DNA from: Azolla caroliniana
Taxonomy: Eukaryota; Plantae; Polypodiophyta
DNA: 64,000 nt
Assembly (NCBI GenBank): GCA_043228905.1
Contig: JBHGNT010000016.1
Location: 15,872,001 to 15,936,000 of the forward strand
Direction of reading: 5' to 3'
The first letter of the stretch is position 1. Every line of letters begins with the position of its first letter. Of this stretch, positions 12,126 to 26,911 are shown in pieces. A program made the translations under genes and the position numbers. The notes beneath the pieces were generated by a model. It saw only the letters and a program-made list of their open reading frames with translations, did not search any database and was not told the DNA's origin.

Positions 12126-14668
12126 CAAATCACCACTTTGGAAAACTAAGGAGACGGATGGGACTACAATAAAAACCTAAGGAAAATTGGAAAGCTGAAT
12201 CAGAGGACAAGAATGGAAAATGCACAAGATGGGTCACCCATATTCTTCATCCTATTCAGGATATCATCACATAGTAATCGACCAAGACACATCCAGAATC
12301 AACACAAACCAGTTGCAAAGGGATCAAGAGTACGGGTAGATTTCGATGAAATCTTCTCACTCATCGTCAAGATGATAACCCTTTGTTTCTTACTCGAACT
12401 GGTCGCCGCCGAGGACTTGGAGCTCATTCAACCAGATGTGAAAACAGCTTTCCTTCACGGTGACTTAGATGAGGAAATCTACATGGAGTAGCCGAAAAGC
12501 TTTGTGTCACCCAATCAGAAACATCTAGTCTACTAACTCAAGAAGAGTTTCTATGGCCTCAACCAGGCATCGAGGCAATGGTATCAGAATTTTGACGACT
12601 TCATAGAGTCGATCGGATTTTCTCGGAGTGATGAGGACCATTGCCTCTATTCTATGAATGGCAAATGCACAAGATGGGTTCCCCATATTCCCCATCGTCT
12701 ATGTAGATGGTATGCTATTCTTTGGGTGAAATGCCGAAGAGCTTGCCAAAGTTGTTCGGCAACTTCGGTTGAAGTTTGTTATTGTTAGGAATCGACCGGC
12801 CACAACCGGTTTCACGTTCATATTCGTGTGCAGAAATCAAGAACTAGTACACAGACAGTAAAACGTGAAGACACAGAGACACCAATATTTTATGTGGAAA
12901 ACCCAAAATGGGAAAAACCACGGGGGTCCACAAGCCCCGAGAAAATAGATCACTATAGTAGAGAGTAAGTACAAATACAGAACTCAGAGGCAACGACCTC
13001 GAGTTCCCCTTCGTCTAATAGACGGCTACAGAGTTACACTCTCACTCTCTCACTCACGGTTACAGAGGCAACTACCTCGTTCTAACTTTACAATAATGAT
13101 CACAAAAAAACCCAACTATAAGATTTGCCCTAGTTGCTTATAAACCAAAGCAACTTTCTAGCTATTTACAAGTATAGCCCCCAGGAGGCAGTTTTGACTA
13201 TTTACAATTATAGTCTTCCGAAACGATTTCGGTTTTCGATTTCAATTTCCGATTTCAATTTCGGTTTCAATTTCGGTTTCGGCCTCGGCCAATACTCACC
13301 AACACGGTCCTTCTCTTCCCATCCGGAGGGACATGTTTCCCAACAGTTATGAAGGAATTGGGTGTGGAAGTGAGTTCGAACCAACTACGACTAAAGTCGT
13401 AGCATATCATTTCTTGTTGTATCTAATATAGATCTTGTTTACTTTCTTATTCTTTATAGATTCTTTTGTAATATGCCCATTATAAGGGTTGTCGACTACA
13501 ATTCTCTAATTACTAGTTTGTAAAAGGGGTTAATGTGAATAAGTCCATTAGACAACTATATTCGACAACCCAACCCAACCTCAGTTATCCGGTCGATCTC
13601 CTTACCTAGTTCATGCAAGCGTCACGTCACATCCATCTACATTGCACTAAGAGAGTATTATGAAACATGATTAGCAATTTGGATTACGATATTCTTTACA
13701 AGTCAACAATACCAATTCGACTCAAAGAATACACACATGGTGATTGGGCCGACTACAAAGCCAACCAACGCTCGACTTTAGGTTAAGTCTTCTCTCTTGG
13801 AAGTGGAGTTATCTCATGGAGTAGGAAGAAGCAACAGATCGTAGCACTATCAAGCAAAGAGGCTGAATACAAGGGCATGATCATGGTTGCATGTGAAGTC
13901 ATATGGATTAAGAGAATTTTGAAAGACCTTGACGTCTCCATCAATGACCCAATTTTGATCTAGTGCGATAGTCTCAACAACATCCATCTAGCTCGAAATC
14001 GGGTATTCCGTGCTCAAACAAAGCACATGGAGGTGCACAACCACTTCATCCAAGAACGTGTCATTGCGGGGGATGTCTACCTTCAAAGTATCAACACAAA
14101 TCTTCAAATGGTTGATATCCTCACGAAAGCCCTAGGGTCTAACAAGCTTCGATAATTTTCGAAGAAGCTTGGACTTTTGACCTCCGACTTGCTGAGCTTG
14201 AGGGGGGGTGAAGATTACCGAGATCCGTGAGCCTAGTCGACCAAATATTCACTAGTCGCTCAGCCATGACATAGTTGAGCTTGAAGGGGCATGTTGAGAA
14301 TCAAACTCAACCTAGTCTAGTGTGTGAACACACCCTTGAGAATATGTAATGTGTATTGAGCGCGTACATAGACAATCAAAGGTCACCACCACCTTGTAAC
14401 ATAACTGATGTGTCATGGAGTTATATTCTATGACATGTATAGTTAATGAGTTTCCCCTCTCTCCAAGATTCTAGAGAGAGAGTGGGCGTTTTAGAGAGTG
14501 AATGTATAGAGAGGGTGACTTTATATAAAGCACCATCCTCCCTCCTTTCTAGTTGTTGCTTATTCTTATTCCTTCTTAATATACATTTTAGTATTCTATC
14601 TCCTATCTATCTTGTGTCTCTTCTCTCACACACACATACCACACATTAGTAATCTATTCCGCTTAACA
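12126..14668 (+). mobile_element. Degenerate Ty1/copia RT-RNaseH with 3' LTR (14292-14668)
   Basis: DVKTAFLHGDL; RNaseH remnants 13730-14200; PPT before TGTTGAG at 14292; LTR ends TTAACA. Confidence 0.8.
12783..13345 (-). mobile_element. Solo LTR
   Basis: TG..CA ends, TSD GTTAT; same family as 30894-31414 in opposite orientation. Confidence 0.9.
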
Positions 14669-14690
14669 TAATTACACACGATATTATTTA

Positions 14691-17600
14691 TGTTGAGCGG
14701 CAAGCTCAACCGGAGCCGAATCGGCTAAATAAGCCTGAGCCGGTAAGCGAGATGAATCGGTATGCCGGTGAGCAACCGAGCCGGTAAGCAGTAAGGATCG
14801 GTGAGCTGGGGAGCCGGTATGCCGGATCCGATCCGTAACCGGAAGCCTAGTATAGGTTAGACTACTAGGCAGTTATAGTCTCGTAGTTAGTGTCAGATGC
14901 TCGTGTGAGCATTGAAGTACACCATACTTCTAACAGTCCCGTGTGGACTTGTATAAATAGCGTTGATGAGTGCATTGTAGAAACACAGGGAACATAGAGT
15001 ATTCATATAATTTTGAAAAATAGTGTGTCCGCTCTCTCTCTATCTCTCCCGCGTAATCTCTCCCTCTTTGTGTACTGTTCTTTCTAATGCTTCCGCAAGC
15101 TATCTTTCACATGGTATCAGAGCGTGTGGGTTGAGAACCTCTGCTGCAGACATCTACGCTTGTGAAGGAAACCCTAACAGATCGGAAAATAGACACAAAA
15201 GCAGAAATGGACAGAGGTATGGCTACGTCGCTCCCGGTGGAGAAGCTCGACAGAACCAACTACGCATCTTGGTCATACAAGATGCACCAGTACCTGCTTG
15301 GGCATGGCTACTGGAGTTATGTCAACGGAGTGAACAACTCAGCACCGGAGACGACACACAAGGACTTCCCATTGTGGGAACAGGCGGCAAGCAGGGTGAT
15401 GTACTGCTTCGCGTCCAGTGTCGGTGACCAGCTCCTCAGCCATATCCGTGACGCCAAGACACCGAAGGATGCTTGGGGAAACTTGAAAAAGGTTTTCGCC
15501 GCAAGAACCACTACCCGGAAGCTGCAACTCAGACAGGAGTTGAGCAATGTTCGACAAAAGAACATGTCGGTGGCAGATTACACAGCCCAGATCAAAGGGA
15601 TCTATGACTCGCTTGCCTCTATTAACGTCACAGTAGAGGAAGACGAGATGGTGCAGGTCTATCTTGGAGGCCTGGCGTCCAAGTTCGGAGCTTTCCGAAC
15701 TGCGGTTTGTACAAGGGAGAATACGCCCTCATTTTTCGACTTACAGTCGATGCTCCTTGTAGAGGAGAACCACGCCGGTGCATCTACCAGTGCATCCCCA
15801 GACAACCGGATGTTGTACACAGGAGCGGATCGGTCCCACGGGCGTGATGGACGAGGCAGGTCGGCATGCAATGGAGGCGGCCGGCAAGAGCAGGAACGAA
15901 GGCATAGTGAGCGTGCCGACAACAGTTCCGGGACTTCCACAAGCAGGGGGAGTCAAGGTGGTGCCGGAGGCTGGCAAGACAAATCCGCTATGGAATGCTG
16001 GTACTGTGGCAAAAAGGGCCATAGGGAATGTGAGTGCTGGAGAAAGCATGCCGATTTGGACAAATCCGGATCCGGCAAGACCAGTAAGGAAGGTCGGCAA
16101 AGCTCGCACTACGCAAATGGATCGGGAGGATCTAAGAACGGTAAGGGGCCAGCCTTGGTGATGAAGCACAAGGCAAACTCAATGAAGAAGACCACTTCCA
16201 AATCGGAGGAAGTGTGGTACGTTGACTCCGGCACATCAAACCACATGACGAGTCACAAGGAGTGGTTCTCCTTTTTGGAGAAGCCAGATCAACCAGGAGT
16301 TGTCGAAACCGGAGACGACACTCCCCACCCGATCGTGCACGTCAGAGAAGTCCCTTTGAGCCACGTCGGAGAGAGGGGGAAGCTAATGAATGTATTACAT
16401 GTTCTGACGATCACGAAGAACCTAGTGTCGGTCGAACAGATCGTCGACCAGGGGATGCAGGTGCCGTTTACACACCTCGGGTGCTTTACTGAGGATGAGG
16501 GCGAAGTTATTGTGCAAGGGCGTAGAGATGGGAGGATGTTTATCCTCAACACCAATGATGTCGGCACCGCACTGTTCGCCAAAGGACAGAAGGTCGAGTT
16601 GGATATCGACCTGTGGCACAAGCGGATCGGCCACGTCAACTACCGGAGGCTTCAAGACCTGCAAACGGAACAAGTCATTTTCGGTTTGCCGAAATTTAGC
16701 GGCCGGAGAGCCCAGATTTGTGAAGCCTGCCAACTCGGGAAGCAACACCGGCTTCCATTCCCCACCGAAAGAAATCGAAGTTGTAACAAGCTCAATCTTA
16801 TCCATTCGGATGTGTGGGGACCGGCACAAAATGTTAGCATTGGCGGGAGTCAATACTTCGTCTCCTTCATCGACGACTACACGCAGCATGCGTGGATCTA
16901 CCTCATTAAGCAGAAGAGCGAAGTCTTCGAGTGTTTCCGGAGCCTCCAAAAGATGGTGGAACGGGAATCGGAGAGGAAGATCAAATTCCTACGGTCAGAT
17001 GGCGGAAAAGAGTACTTTTCCAGTCAATTCAACAGCTATCTGCAACAAAAATGAATTCGGTGAGAATTCAGCTGCAGATACACACCGCAACAGAACGGTG
17101 TGGCCAAAAGGAAGAATCGGTCGCTGATTGACACGGCTAGGGCAATGCTGGAGGAAAAGAGCATGCCCAAGTTCTACTGGGCGAAGGCGGTCCAAACGGC
17201 CGTTTACATCCAGAACCGGATCGGGGACAAGGTGTCAGCTCACGAGCTGTATTTCGGGCGCAAGCCAAATTTGAGGCACCTCTGGATATTCGGCAGCATA
17301 GCCTATGTACATATGCCGGATGAGAAGCGGAGAAAGCTGGATGCAAAATCGGAAAAATGCACCCTAGTCGGCTATGCTCAAGAGCAAAAGGGGTATAAGT
17401 GTTATAACCCCCGGACGAAGCAGGTCTGAGTCAGCCGAGATGTCGAGTTTGATGAATCGGCATCGTGGTATTCCTTACCCACTCCGACTTCCGATCCCGA
17501 CCCGATCTCGGAAGATGGGGCTATTAAGCCTGAACCGGCCCAGGTAGAGAAAGATGAAGCCGGAACTCAAGATGAGAGTCCGAAATCATTCCGGTTAAGC

Positions 17601-20600
17601 GGACCGAATGAGAGATTGGATCAGTCCAACCAATCGGATGATAAGACGGCGAGTAGTGGAGACTCTGTCGTGCTCTCCCCGCGCAAGGAACCGAGGAGAC
17701 GGTTCACACGCAAAGAGAAAGGGAAGCAAAAGATGCCGGAATTCGAGACCGGCAATGATGAGTCGGATCGGTTCGTATCTGACTTCGGCAAGGACATAGG
17801 CAGATCTTCGGGAACAAAGACCGAACCGGCCAAGAAGGGCCTCATACCGGGTAACAGTGAGCTACGCCGGTCCACCCGCCAAAAGGATCCTATTAAACGG
17901 TACGGGTATAACGAGTACATGGCGCATCATTATGCATACATGACCAAGGTCGTGGAAGTGCGTGAGCCGGAGAACTACGCAGAAGTAGCAAAGGACGCAA
18001 ATTGGCGTGCCGCTATGGAGGAAGAAATGCGGGCACTCGATGCCAACGAAACTTGGGACCTAGTTGACCCTCCCCGTCACTGTAAACCGATCGGATGCAA
18101 GTGGGTGTACAAGGTAAAGTACAATGCCGACGGTACAGTTAACCGGTACAAAGCCCAGTTAGTGGCGAAGGGATATGCGCAGACCCACGGAATCGACTAC
18201 GACGAGACCTTCGCTCCTGTAGCGAAGATGACGACGGTTCGTGTGGTATTGGCGATTGTTGCGGCAAGGGGGTGGCATCTTCATCAAATGGATGTGAAGA
18301 ATGCCTTCCTTCAAGGAGATCTTGAAGAAGAAGTCTTTATGACTCAGCCCCCAGATTTCAGTCGGAGGTGAACAAGTCGGCGGTATGCCGGCTGAGGATG
18401 TCGTTGTACGGCTTGAAGTAAGCCCCCCGTGCTTGGAATGCTAAGATCACGCACTAGTTGCGAAACATGGGGTTTGTTGCCTCTAAGTCGGACTCTTCCC
18501 TGTTCATCCGTCAAGGCTCAAACAATCCGGTATGTATCTTACTCTGTGTTGATGATTTAGTCATCACCGGCCCAGGTCTTCTGGAAATCAACCGCGTCAA
18601 GTCCCAGTTGTCGGACGCATTCGATATGAAGGACTTGGGGGACCTTCATTATTTTTTGGGCATCGAGGTGATCCGCACCCCCAATGGTATATTGCTTTCT
18701 CAACGCCATTATGTGTTGAATATATTGTACAAGTTCGGCATGACGGAATGCCGACCTGTCTCCACACCCCTGGACCGGAATCAGAAGATCCGTCCCAACT
18801 CCGGACCAGCTTGCGATGAGAAACGGTTCCGACAAATAGTCGGAAGCCTGATCTACTTGACCATCACCCGACCAGACATTAGCTATCCGGTCGGAGTGGT
18901 AAGCCAATTCATGCAGAAGCCGACCGTGGAGCACCTTCAATGCGTGCAACGAATACTAAGGTATGTAAGCGGCACTAAGGACCGGGGGCTCTTTTACCAG
19001 CAAGGCATAACCGAAGAGCTTGTCGGCTACACAGATGCCGACTGGGCTGGCGATGCAACGGATCGTCACTCAACTTCCGTCTTTATGTTTTCTCTTGGGA
19101 GCGCGGCTGTTGCGTGGAGCAGCAAAAAGCAGCCAACAGTGGCTCTATCCAGCACTGAGGCTGAATACCGGGGCGCGACAGTTGCCACCTGCGAAGCCAT
19201 TTGGCTTCGGCAACTACTGCAAGACCTGCGAATCGAGGTACCGACCCCAATCCTGATCTACTGCGATAACCTCAGTAGCATGCAGCTCGCCAAGAACCCT
19301 GTGTTCCATGCTCGCACAAAGCACATAGAAGTGCATTATCACTTCGTGCATGAGCGGATCCTGAGCGGTGAAGTTGAACTACGGTATGTTCACACGGATC
19401 GGCAAGTTGCCGACATCTTCACCAAGCCGCTCGGGTCGAACAAGTTGCAACACTTTACCGAAATGCTTGGTGTTCAACACCTCGACGTGCCGCACTTGAG
19501 GGGGAGACGCAAGGGCAAAGACACTACCGAAACGGGCAAAGGCAAAAAAACTGTTGAACCCGTAGGTAAGAGAAGATTTGGTAGAGGTGGAGACAAGAAG
19601 AAAAATGAAGTCGAGTCGACGAAGGAAGTCGGCACAACCGAACAAGTCGGAGTGAGCGGCTGTGAAGAAGAAGTGTACACTCAGGAAGAGAAGTGCATGC
19701 TATGCGGAGGTCATCACGATCATAATGGCCATGATGCGGAGTCGAATGAAGAACTCGACTTCGGTGAACCGGCTGAAGAAGCCAAGGGAAGCACGGAGAA
19801 GGCCAAGACCCGGACGTGGTTCGATGTGGTGAGAGGCCTGAAGCCAAAAATCGAATCGGAGGATACCGATTCAGTCAAGAGCTAGAACGAGTCGGAGAGA
19901 GCCGATTCGGATCAACAGATGGATCCGGATGAGTCGGATCAATGAGCGGCCAAGGAGACACGGACACAGCGGAAGTCGATGCCATCGCGGAGGAACCGAC
20001 GGATCGGCAAGCGCCGGAGTCATAGCAGCGAAGGAGCTGAGATGGGCCTATTGAGCAGACATGCCGAAGGTCGAGGCGCGCAGAACCAAAGGGGTCGCGG
20101 CAAATGGGACCGGACCAGACAAGGAGCGCGAGCAAGGCGAAGCGACGCCAGGAGAAGTCGGTTGGAAGAACCGGCTGCCACAGAGGTTGACACTACGACC
20201 CTACCTCAGGTTGAGCTTGAGGGGAGTGTTGAGCGGCAAGCTCAACCGGAGCCGGATCGGCTGAATAAGCCTGAGCCGGTAAGCGAGATGAATCGGTATG
20301 CCGGTGAGCAACCGAGCCGGTAAGCAATAAGGACCGGTGAGCTGGGGAGCCGGTATGCCGGATCCGATCCGTAACCGGAAGCCTAGTATAGGTTAGACTA
20401 CTAGGCAGTTATAGTCTCGTAGTTAGTGTCAAATGCTCATGTGAGCATTGAAGTACACCATACTTCTAACAGTCCCGTGTGGACTTGTATAAATAGCGTT
20501 GATGAGCGCGTTGTAGAAACACAGGTAACACAGAGTATTCATATAATTTTGAAAAATAGTGTGTCCGCCCGCTCTCTCTCGGTCTCTCCCGCGTTTGATC

Positions 20601-20692
20601 TCCGAAGACGATAATATAATCTATCTATCTATCTATCTATCTCCCTCTTTGTGTACTGTTCTTTCTAACGCTTCCGCAAGCTATCTTTCACA
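14691..20692 (+). mobile_element. Full-length Ty1/copia element; LTRs 14691-15111 and 20227-20692
   Basis: TSD ATTTA; tRNA-iMet PBS TGGTATCAGAGC 15112-15123; gag CCHC, PR, IN, RT, RH with a few stops and a frameshift; PPT 20218-20226. Confidence 0.97.
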
Positions 20693-22714
20693 ATTTACAA
20701 CTATTATAGGCAAATTCTAAGATAGGAAGGTATTACTTCCACTTAGATGGGGTATTTGCGACATAAGCCCAAAGCATGTCCTCAATAATTTGATTTACCC
20801 ATTCAATTTGTCCATTAGATTGAGGACATGTGAACCAATCTCATCTCACATACCACATAGGTATACCAATACGCATCTTCATCTCAATACAAACAACATT
20901 ATTCCTACGAGCTCTAATCTTAGTTTTAGAATCCTGTAGGCTATATCACATTTCACATTCATCACCATATTCAAGAAATATGCATTTTCTTGATTTATCT
21001 TCAAACATTCTACAAACCTTATGAGGCCTCACATCCAAAATGCCTTGGTGGATAGATGTATGGGGAATTCTTTTTCACATTTCTAGGAATACCAAGCTTG
21101 ATAATGTTAGTCATCGGTGACCTATGTCCGATAACTTTCATCAATACTTTGGACAAATTTCATTATCCAAACAATCTGCAGGTGTAAAACAAGGTGTCAT
21201 TTGAAAAGCATAAGTGGATATTACCTACTCCAACAAATCTCACTAGAATGATCATTTTGAGAGGCTATGATCCCGTTTCTCTTTTCATTATAGATGATTG
21301 CAAACTAATGGTGATGGGAACCCCCAAATTAAGAATACTTTTCAAACGAAACTAGTTTCCAACATCATATTCACAAGGCTTAGGAGTAAATATATACAAG
21401 CCTACATGTGAGACCTCGATAAACACTAGGGAATGGTGAAGAGAGGGCGAGAATCCTAAAAACTTACTATAGTATACATTATGGAAGAAAGAGTCCATAT
21501 TGAAGTGGCCCTATTGTGACCCTATTGAAGTTTTTGTAACCCTTTCAATGGTACAAAGTAGTTTGAGATATTTATCCTCATCTATAAGGTAGTGTCTTAG
21601 TTTACCAAATATTTGTATATTAGAATCTTACCAAAAGATAACCGCATTGAAATAAAACCGAAAGACAAGTGCCGCTTATCCATAACCATTTAAATATCGC
21701 AACCGATTAGGGATTAAACAAATTAGCTAATCATCTTATTGAGAGACAAAAGTTTAAACTAGATTTGAACCGTGAATCCATTTGGTTTAATATAGATCTT
21801 TTAAGAGCAAAAAGTGAGACTATCCTCATAAATATGGTCAACAAGAAACAAAAAATTATAGAAATGTGAATCTTAATAGTGAGTTTCAAATTTATTTACA
21901 AAATTTTTAATCATTTGGAAGTACAATGCTCGTCATGTTCTACAATTTGTCAATAATTCTATCAAAAGACATGTCATCAACTGTTTAAAAAGATTGTTCA
22001 ATTAATGATTTCTTGTAAACAAAAGAGAAAGCAAAAGTAAAATCATAGTGCATTCTTTTCATCTTTGTGCTTTCTAGTATAACAAGGGTATCACATATCT
22101 TGTAACACACTCATATTATACTCTATTATTCACATCTTTTTTGTAGACAAATTGATCGATTGTGACCAGATTTTACTTTCTCGTTTATCATGACTCTTTT
22201 TCATGATGAAAAGAGGCAAGATGAGTCGTTGAAGGGAACTCCAAGAAGCATTGATCATGTACCAAAAACATTATGATCTTATAATGTTTTTCCTTCAATG
22301 TTGCAAAATCTGAATATTTGTTTCTTGATGGCGTTTGAAATGTGAGATTCCGAAAACAAACAAAGATAGTTGAAACCATTAAATTATTGTATCTTTTTAA
22401 AAGGAACTCCTAAAGAACTATCATATTTAACTAACTAAAGAAAGTTTTCTACTTTGTGTTAACTAAAGAAAGTAATTAACTAAATAAAATATGTGCTTCC
22501 TTTTGATCTTTTAAGTTATGGAATGTCAAAATTCATGAGTAGTTCCAATAGTAATCCATCGACATATGGACCAACTTATATATTGAAATCAAATGTCATG
22601 TGCTGTTTGAACATTGTTTTATATGTTCCTAGACAAAGCTAGAATTCCTTGTAATGTTAGTTCTCTACTTTATTTTCTGACACCTTATTGTTCATTGTTC
22701 ATTCATATATATAT

Positions 22715-23131
22715 ATATAGAGGAAATGTCTTTCTTTGATGAACCAATGATACATTGATATCCCAAAATTCATTTTTTTCCTATGAAAAGAAAGGCTTCT
22801 TTCACCACTTCATCATGTTTTGTTTATATTTCATTTTTCTCTTTGTTTGCAAGGCTTTTTTGGTTTTGTGTCTAAAACTTCAAACCCCTTACCAAGGTAG
22901 ACACCAATATCTAGCAAAGCAAAATCTACATATATAAATATAGAGGAAATGGCTTTCTTTGATGAACCAATGATACATTGATATCCCAAAATACATATTT
23001 TCTTATGAAAAGAAAGGCTTGTTTCACCACTTCATCATGTTCTGTTTATCTTTCATTTTTCTCTTTTTCTGCAAGGCTTTTTCGTTTTTGTGTCTAAAAC
23101 TTCAAACCTATCTAGCAAAGCAAAATCTACA
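22715..23131. repeat. Tandem duplication, period ~223 bp
   Basis: TAGAGGAAATG...GCAAAATCTACA at 22718 and 22941; second copy has a short internal deletion. Confidence 0.85.
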
Positions 23132-25127
23132 ATAAATCATGTGTTGGCAATGCAGAACACTTAAAAGGAGATTTGGAACAATAAATAATATATAAATGTT
23201 TGGGAAACACCTACAACTAGAACAAGGCAATGTAGTTCTCGAACATTAATCAACAATGGTTTGGTTCAGTTTAGGAGTCTCAAACTCAAACCTGTTAAAA
23301 TTTTTGAAACTTTATCAGGAATCAAAGTTAAAACTTCATAATAACAATAATACATAGTGTATAATTTAGGAGGTTAACTTATATATTTAGTAAATATTTC
23401 AAAAATGTCCCACAAAAACCAATAAAGCCTAAAACTAATCCCTTGAACCTCCGACCCAAATTGAACCCAAATCTGATTGTTTACAAATTTTCGAACGTCA
23501 ATCGAACCAATCCAAACCATTTAAGCAATAAGCCACAACTTCATGACTTAACTTGACTCAAACCAAACCATTGCCGGCTCCCATTCTCGAATGCTTGAAC
23601 CAATAATGTTTGGCTTTGGGAGTCATACATCTAACCTATGATTCCAACATAACATCCATCAAGTATGCAAAAAAACTTACTCTAAAATACCTCTAGAAAT
23701 CATTTTTGACTGATTTAGTTCACAAAAAGACTAGATAGATTAATTGTTCCGACAAATTGATTTTTTTGCATCCAAAATCTACCACTAGCTATGAATAAGA
23801 TCAATAATCCATCCCAAAGGATATGACAGACATTCAATATCAAAGAAAGCCTCATGACCTCTACAAGCAACTTCAAGCCAATTGCAATTAATACAAGGAG
23901 GGTATGGAGGAAAGTGATGTTTCAGAGTTCTATACCACGAGGTGAGAAATGACTAACTAGTCTGTGACTCTATACGTCGTTGAAAGTTATTCCAAGTTTC
24001 AATTGCCATACTTCATTAAAATGGAGATATAAAAGAAATTATAGTGAGTCCTCTCTTCAGTGCATATACTTAAATCTAAACCACTCATGAAATGAACACA
24101 TAAAACCAAAGCATATTAGCCATGATTTACACTCTTCCATCATAACACCATGGTGCCTCACATGATTAATACAATATTTTTCTACATAATTATTCAAGAT
24201 CAAAAGTTATTATCAAACTATGGTGTTGGTACATGGCTCTCAAGCTCTCCACCAAAACCTGCTATGAAAAGTTTGGCATGGTATATGCTTGCAAATAATG
24301 ATGAATGGGTAGCCTCGAGTTTTTTTAGTTTTACAAATAAATTGTGAAAGTCCATGTTAGTACAACAAAGAGGCTGCAAGTCATTTTCGTCAAAGCTGCG
24401 GTACTTGAAAGAGTGCCATGGGTGTTGACAATGACAAGCCTAGCAACAACAAAATTTCACAATATAGTTGAAAATTAATATGAGAAAACAATATCTTTAC
24501 AAGTTGCATCCTTAAATGAGTCTTTGATGGTTCAAGATTCACTACCAGTTTACAACAGGATTCACATTCACTAGAATTCTTATTTGACGTATCTATTGGG
24601 TGGAGGACCTCTTTAGCAGCATTAACTAATTCACCTTTCATGCAAAAAGAAACAAAATGAGAGAAAGATTGTGTGCATGCTTTATCATCTATTCATGGAT
24701 CTGAGCATTATGTAGCAAAGACAAAGTTTTATGACCCTACACCCCATGATAGGAAGTTTCCCAGTTTCCTTCACCCAACTTATTGAATTGGAAACCATCA
24801 TGGGTACGAAACGGAACATGCATCAAGTTCCATCTCATAGGGGAAGTGTTGTGAGTCTATGATCACTATTATAGAAAGTTGCTATCGGGTACACCCAAAT
24901 ATGAAATCATCATCGGGGTGGAAATGTAAAGAGAACCTAGCCAAGTATTTGAGCCATTCTTTCTCGAAGGATATTATGCAACAGGCATGCAAACATCCAC
25001 ACACACATTCTTCTCTTTTGACTAGTTAACATAAGCAGTTGTAATCTTTGTTAGATCTCATAGACCATTATGGCCTTTTATTAATATATCCTTTTTCCAT
25101 TTCTTTAAATTGGGGGGCAGTAGGTGC

Positions 25128-26879
25128 TCACGGTGTTTGTTTGGAAGCAAGGCGACCACAAAAGATGGCGTTGTCCGGCAGTGGTGCTTCCGTCTGGGTG
25201 TTCTTTTCCGGATTGACAACACGGAGGTAAAGCTCTTGGCCAAGATACCAGTTGGGCAACAACTGGGACCGGATGTTCCACATTCCCACATTGTCAAGCT
25301 CTACAAGAATGGCTGTCCAAGAGTTGGGAAACACCTGTTAGCATCACGCACACCTAACTCAAAATCATAATAAAAAAATGAGCAAAGAAATCGCAATGTT
25401 ATCCACCAAACTTCTTTATACCTGTGCTGTTGATCTTGCAACTGCATCAATCAAGTTGTAGCTTGCTCTATTTGGTTCAGTCCAACCTCCTGGACCAAAA
25501 CTAAATATATACACATCTTCAGAACAGTCAGAATATAGTTTATGCTTCTCACTTTTATGGGTCTTGATTCAAGAGAACATTACAATGTGGTTTTTAACAT
25601 ACCCAACAACGAAGAATGCATAGCCATCTAAATGATAGCTTTGCGGAACATTGTCAACATTCTCGAAGATGATCTCCATAAACCCTCGGTATCCTCCAGT
25701 TATCACTGAGGTAACATATGCAATAGGAATAGGACCAGTAAGGCTAGTTGGCATTGTCGGGAAAGTATCGAGGGTGTAGATTCCAGCAAGGTTGAAATGG
25801 TCCGCTAGTTTGGGAGGTGTAGTAGGAGTGAGGTATGACACTCCGTTAAGCGCATATCGCATAGTGCCTCCCACAACTTGGGCAGGTCCATTTCCACGTA
25901 ACACAAGAGTTTGCGTCACAGCAATCTGCCCGTAGTGAAAAGAGCCTTGAGGGTTTGGTCGGGCTGCACCAGCCGTCAGATTCCACCTGATAGTATATGT
26001 CTAATGAGAATGGATACAAGTCTCTCTTTTATAGAATCTACAAAATGCACATGTGTGTGTCTTGTAATGCTCTTGTTGGGTGCCATATGTCATATTACTG
26101 GTTCCCTCAGACGACAATAATACATCATCATAATCTCTCTAATAAGTGAAGTGTTGGCAATAACTCACCACACAAAACACTATGCTTTCCTTAATAGATA
26201 CATCAGGCAACCTCAGAGGCTAGACTGAAAGGACATTTCATTATACATACCACAATGTGTTGCACTCACTGGGACTTGTTACAAACCTAGTTCAGCTATT
26301 TTTACTAAATGAAGCCAACTATTAATCCATATGGAATCATAGGCTTTTAAGTTAATTTTTTAACTTTTCAAGCTAGACTTCTCGGCATGATACACTTCTC
26401 CTCTTTGCATAAACATGGTTAATAATAGATACGACATAGCTTACCGGATGGACCGAGCTTGATCAACGGACCATGATGGATTTTCTTGATCATTCGGTGG
26501 AGGAGGAAGAGGACCAGATGCTGGTCCCATTGAGTTACTGTAATGCAAAATTCCCACGCCAGTAACTCGGGACCAGTCATTGTCAGAACCAACAAACCTG
26601 GCACTCGCCACAACATAATAGTCGGAGCTCGCATCTTGATCCATGGTGACAAGAAATGAATAGCTTTGGCCCACATGAATGTCAAGAGAGCTATACATTT
26701 GCTGCACCACGTAGGATCCTTCGGTCTCCACAAGAAACAAATTATGATTTTGAATGCGAAAATTGAGGCAAGTTGAGGTTCCGACATTCGACACTCGAAA
26801 CCGGTATGTTTTGCCTAAGAGGAGAGGAGACCATTGAAGAAAACCAATCAAAAGTTAGCTGTTGTGTACATGCATGGTG

Positions 26880-26911
<32 letters not shown>

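Noticed and set aside
17427-17429. Shared TGA at the same codon in two copia copies (also 1682-1684), suggesting programmed readthrough
   Set aside because: A third copy (~11300, minus strand) has CGA; parallel CpG deamination explains it
20700-24350. Short AT-rich ORFs
   Set aside because: No motifs or exon structure; intergenic or decayed TE sequence
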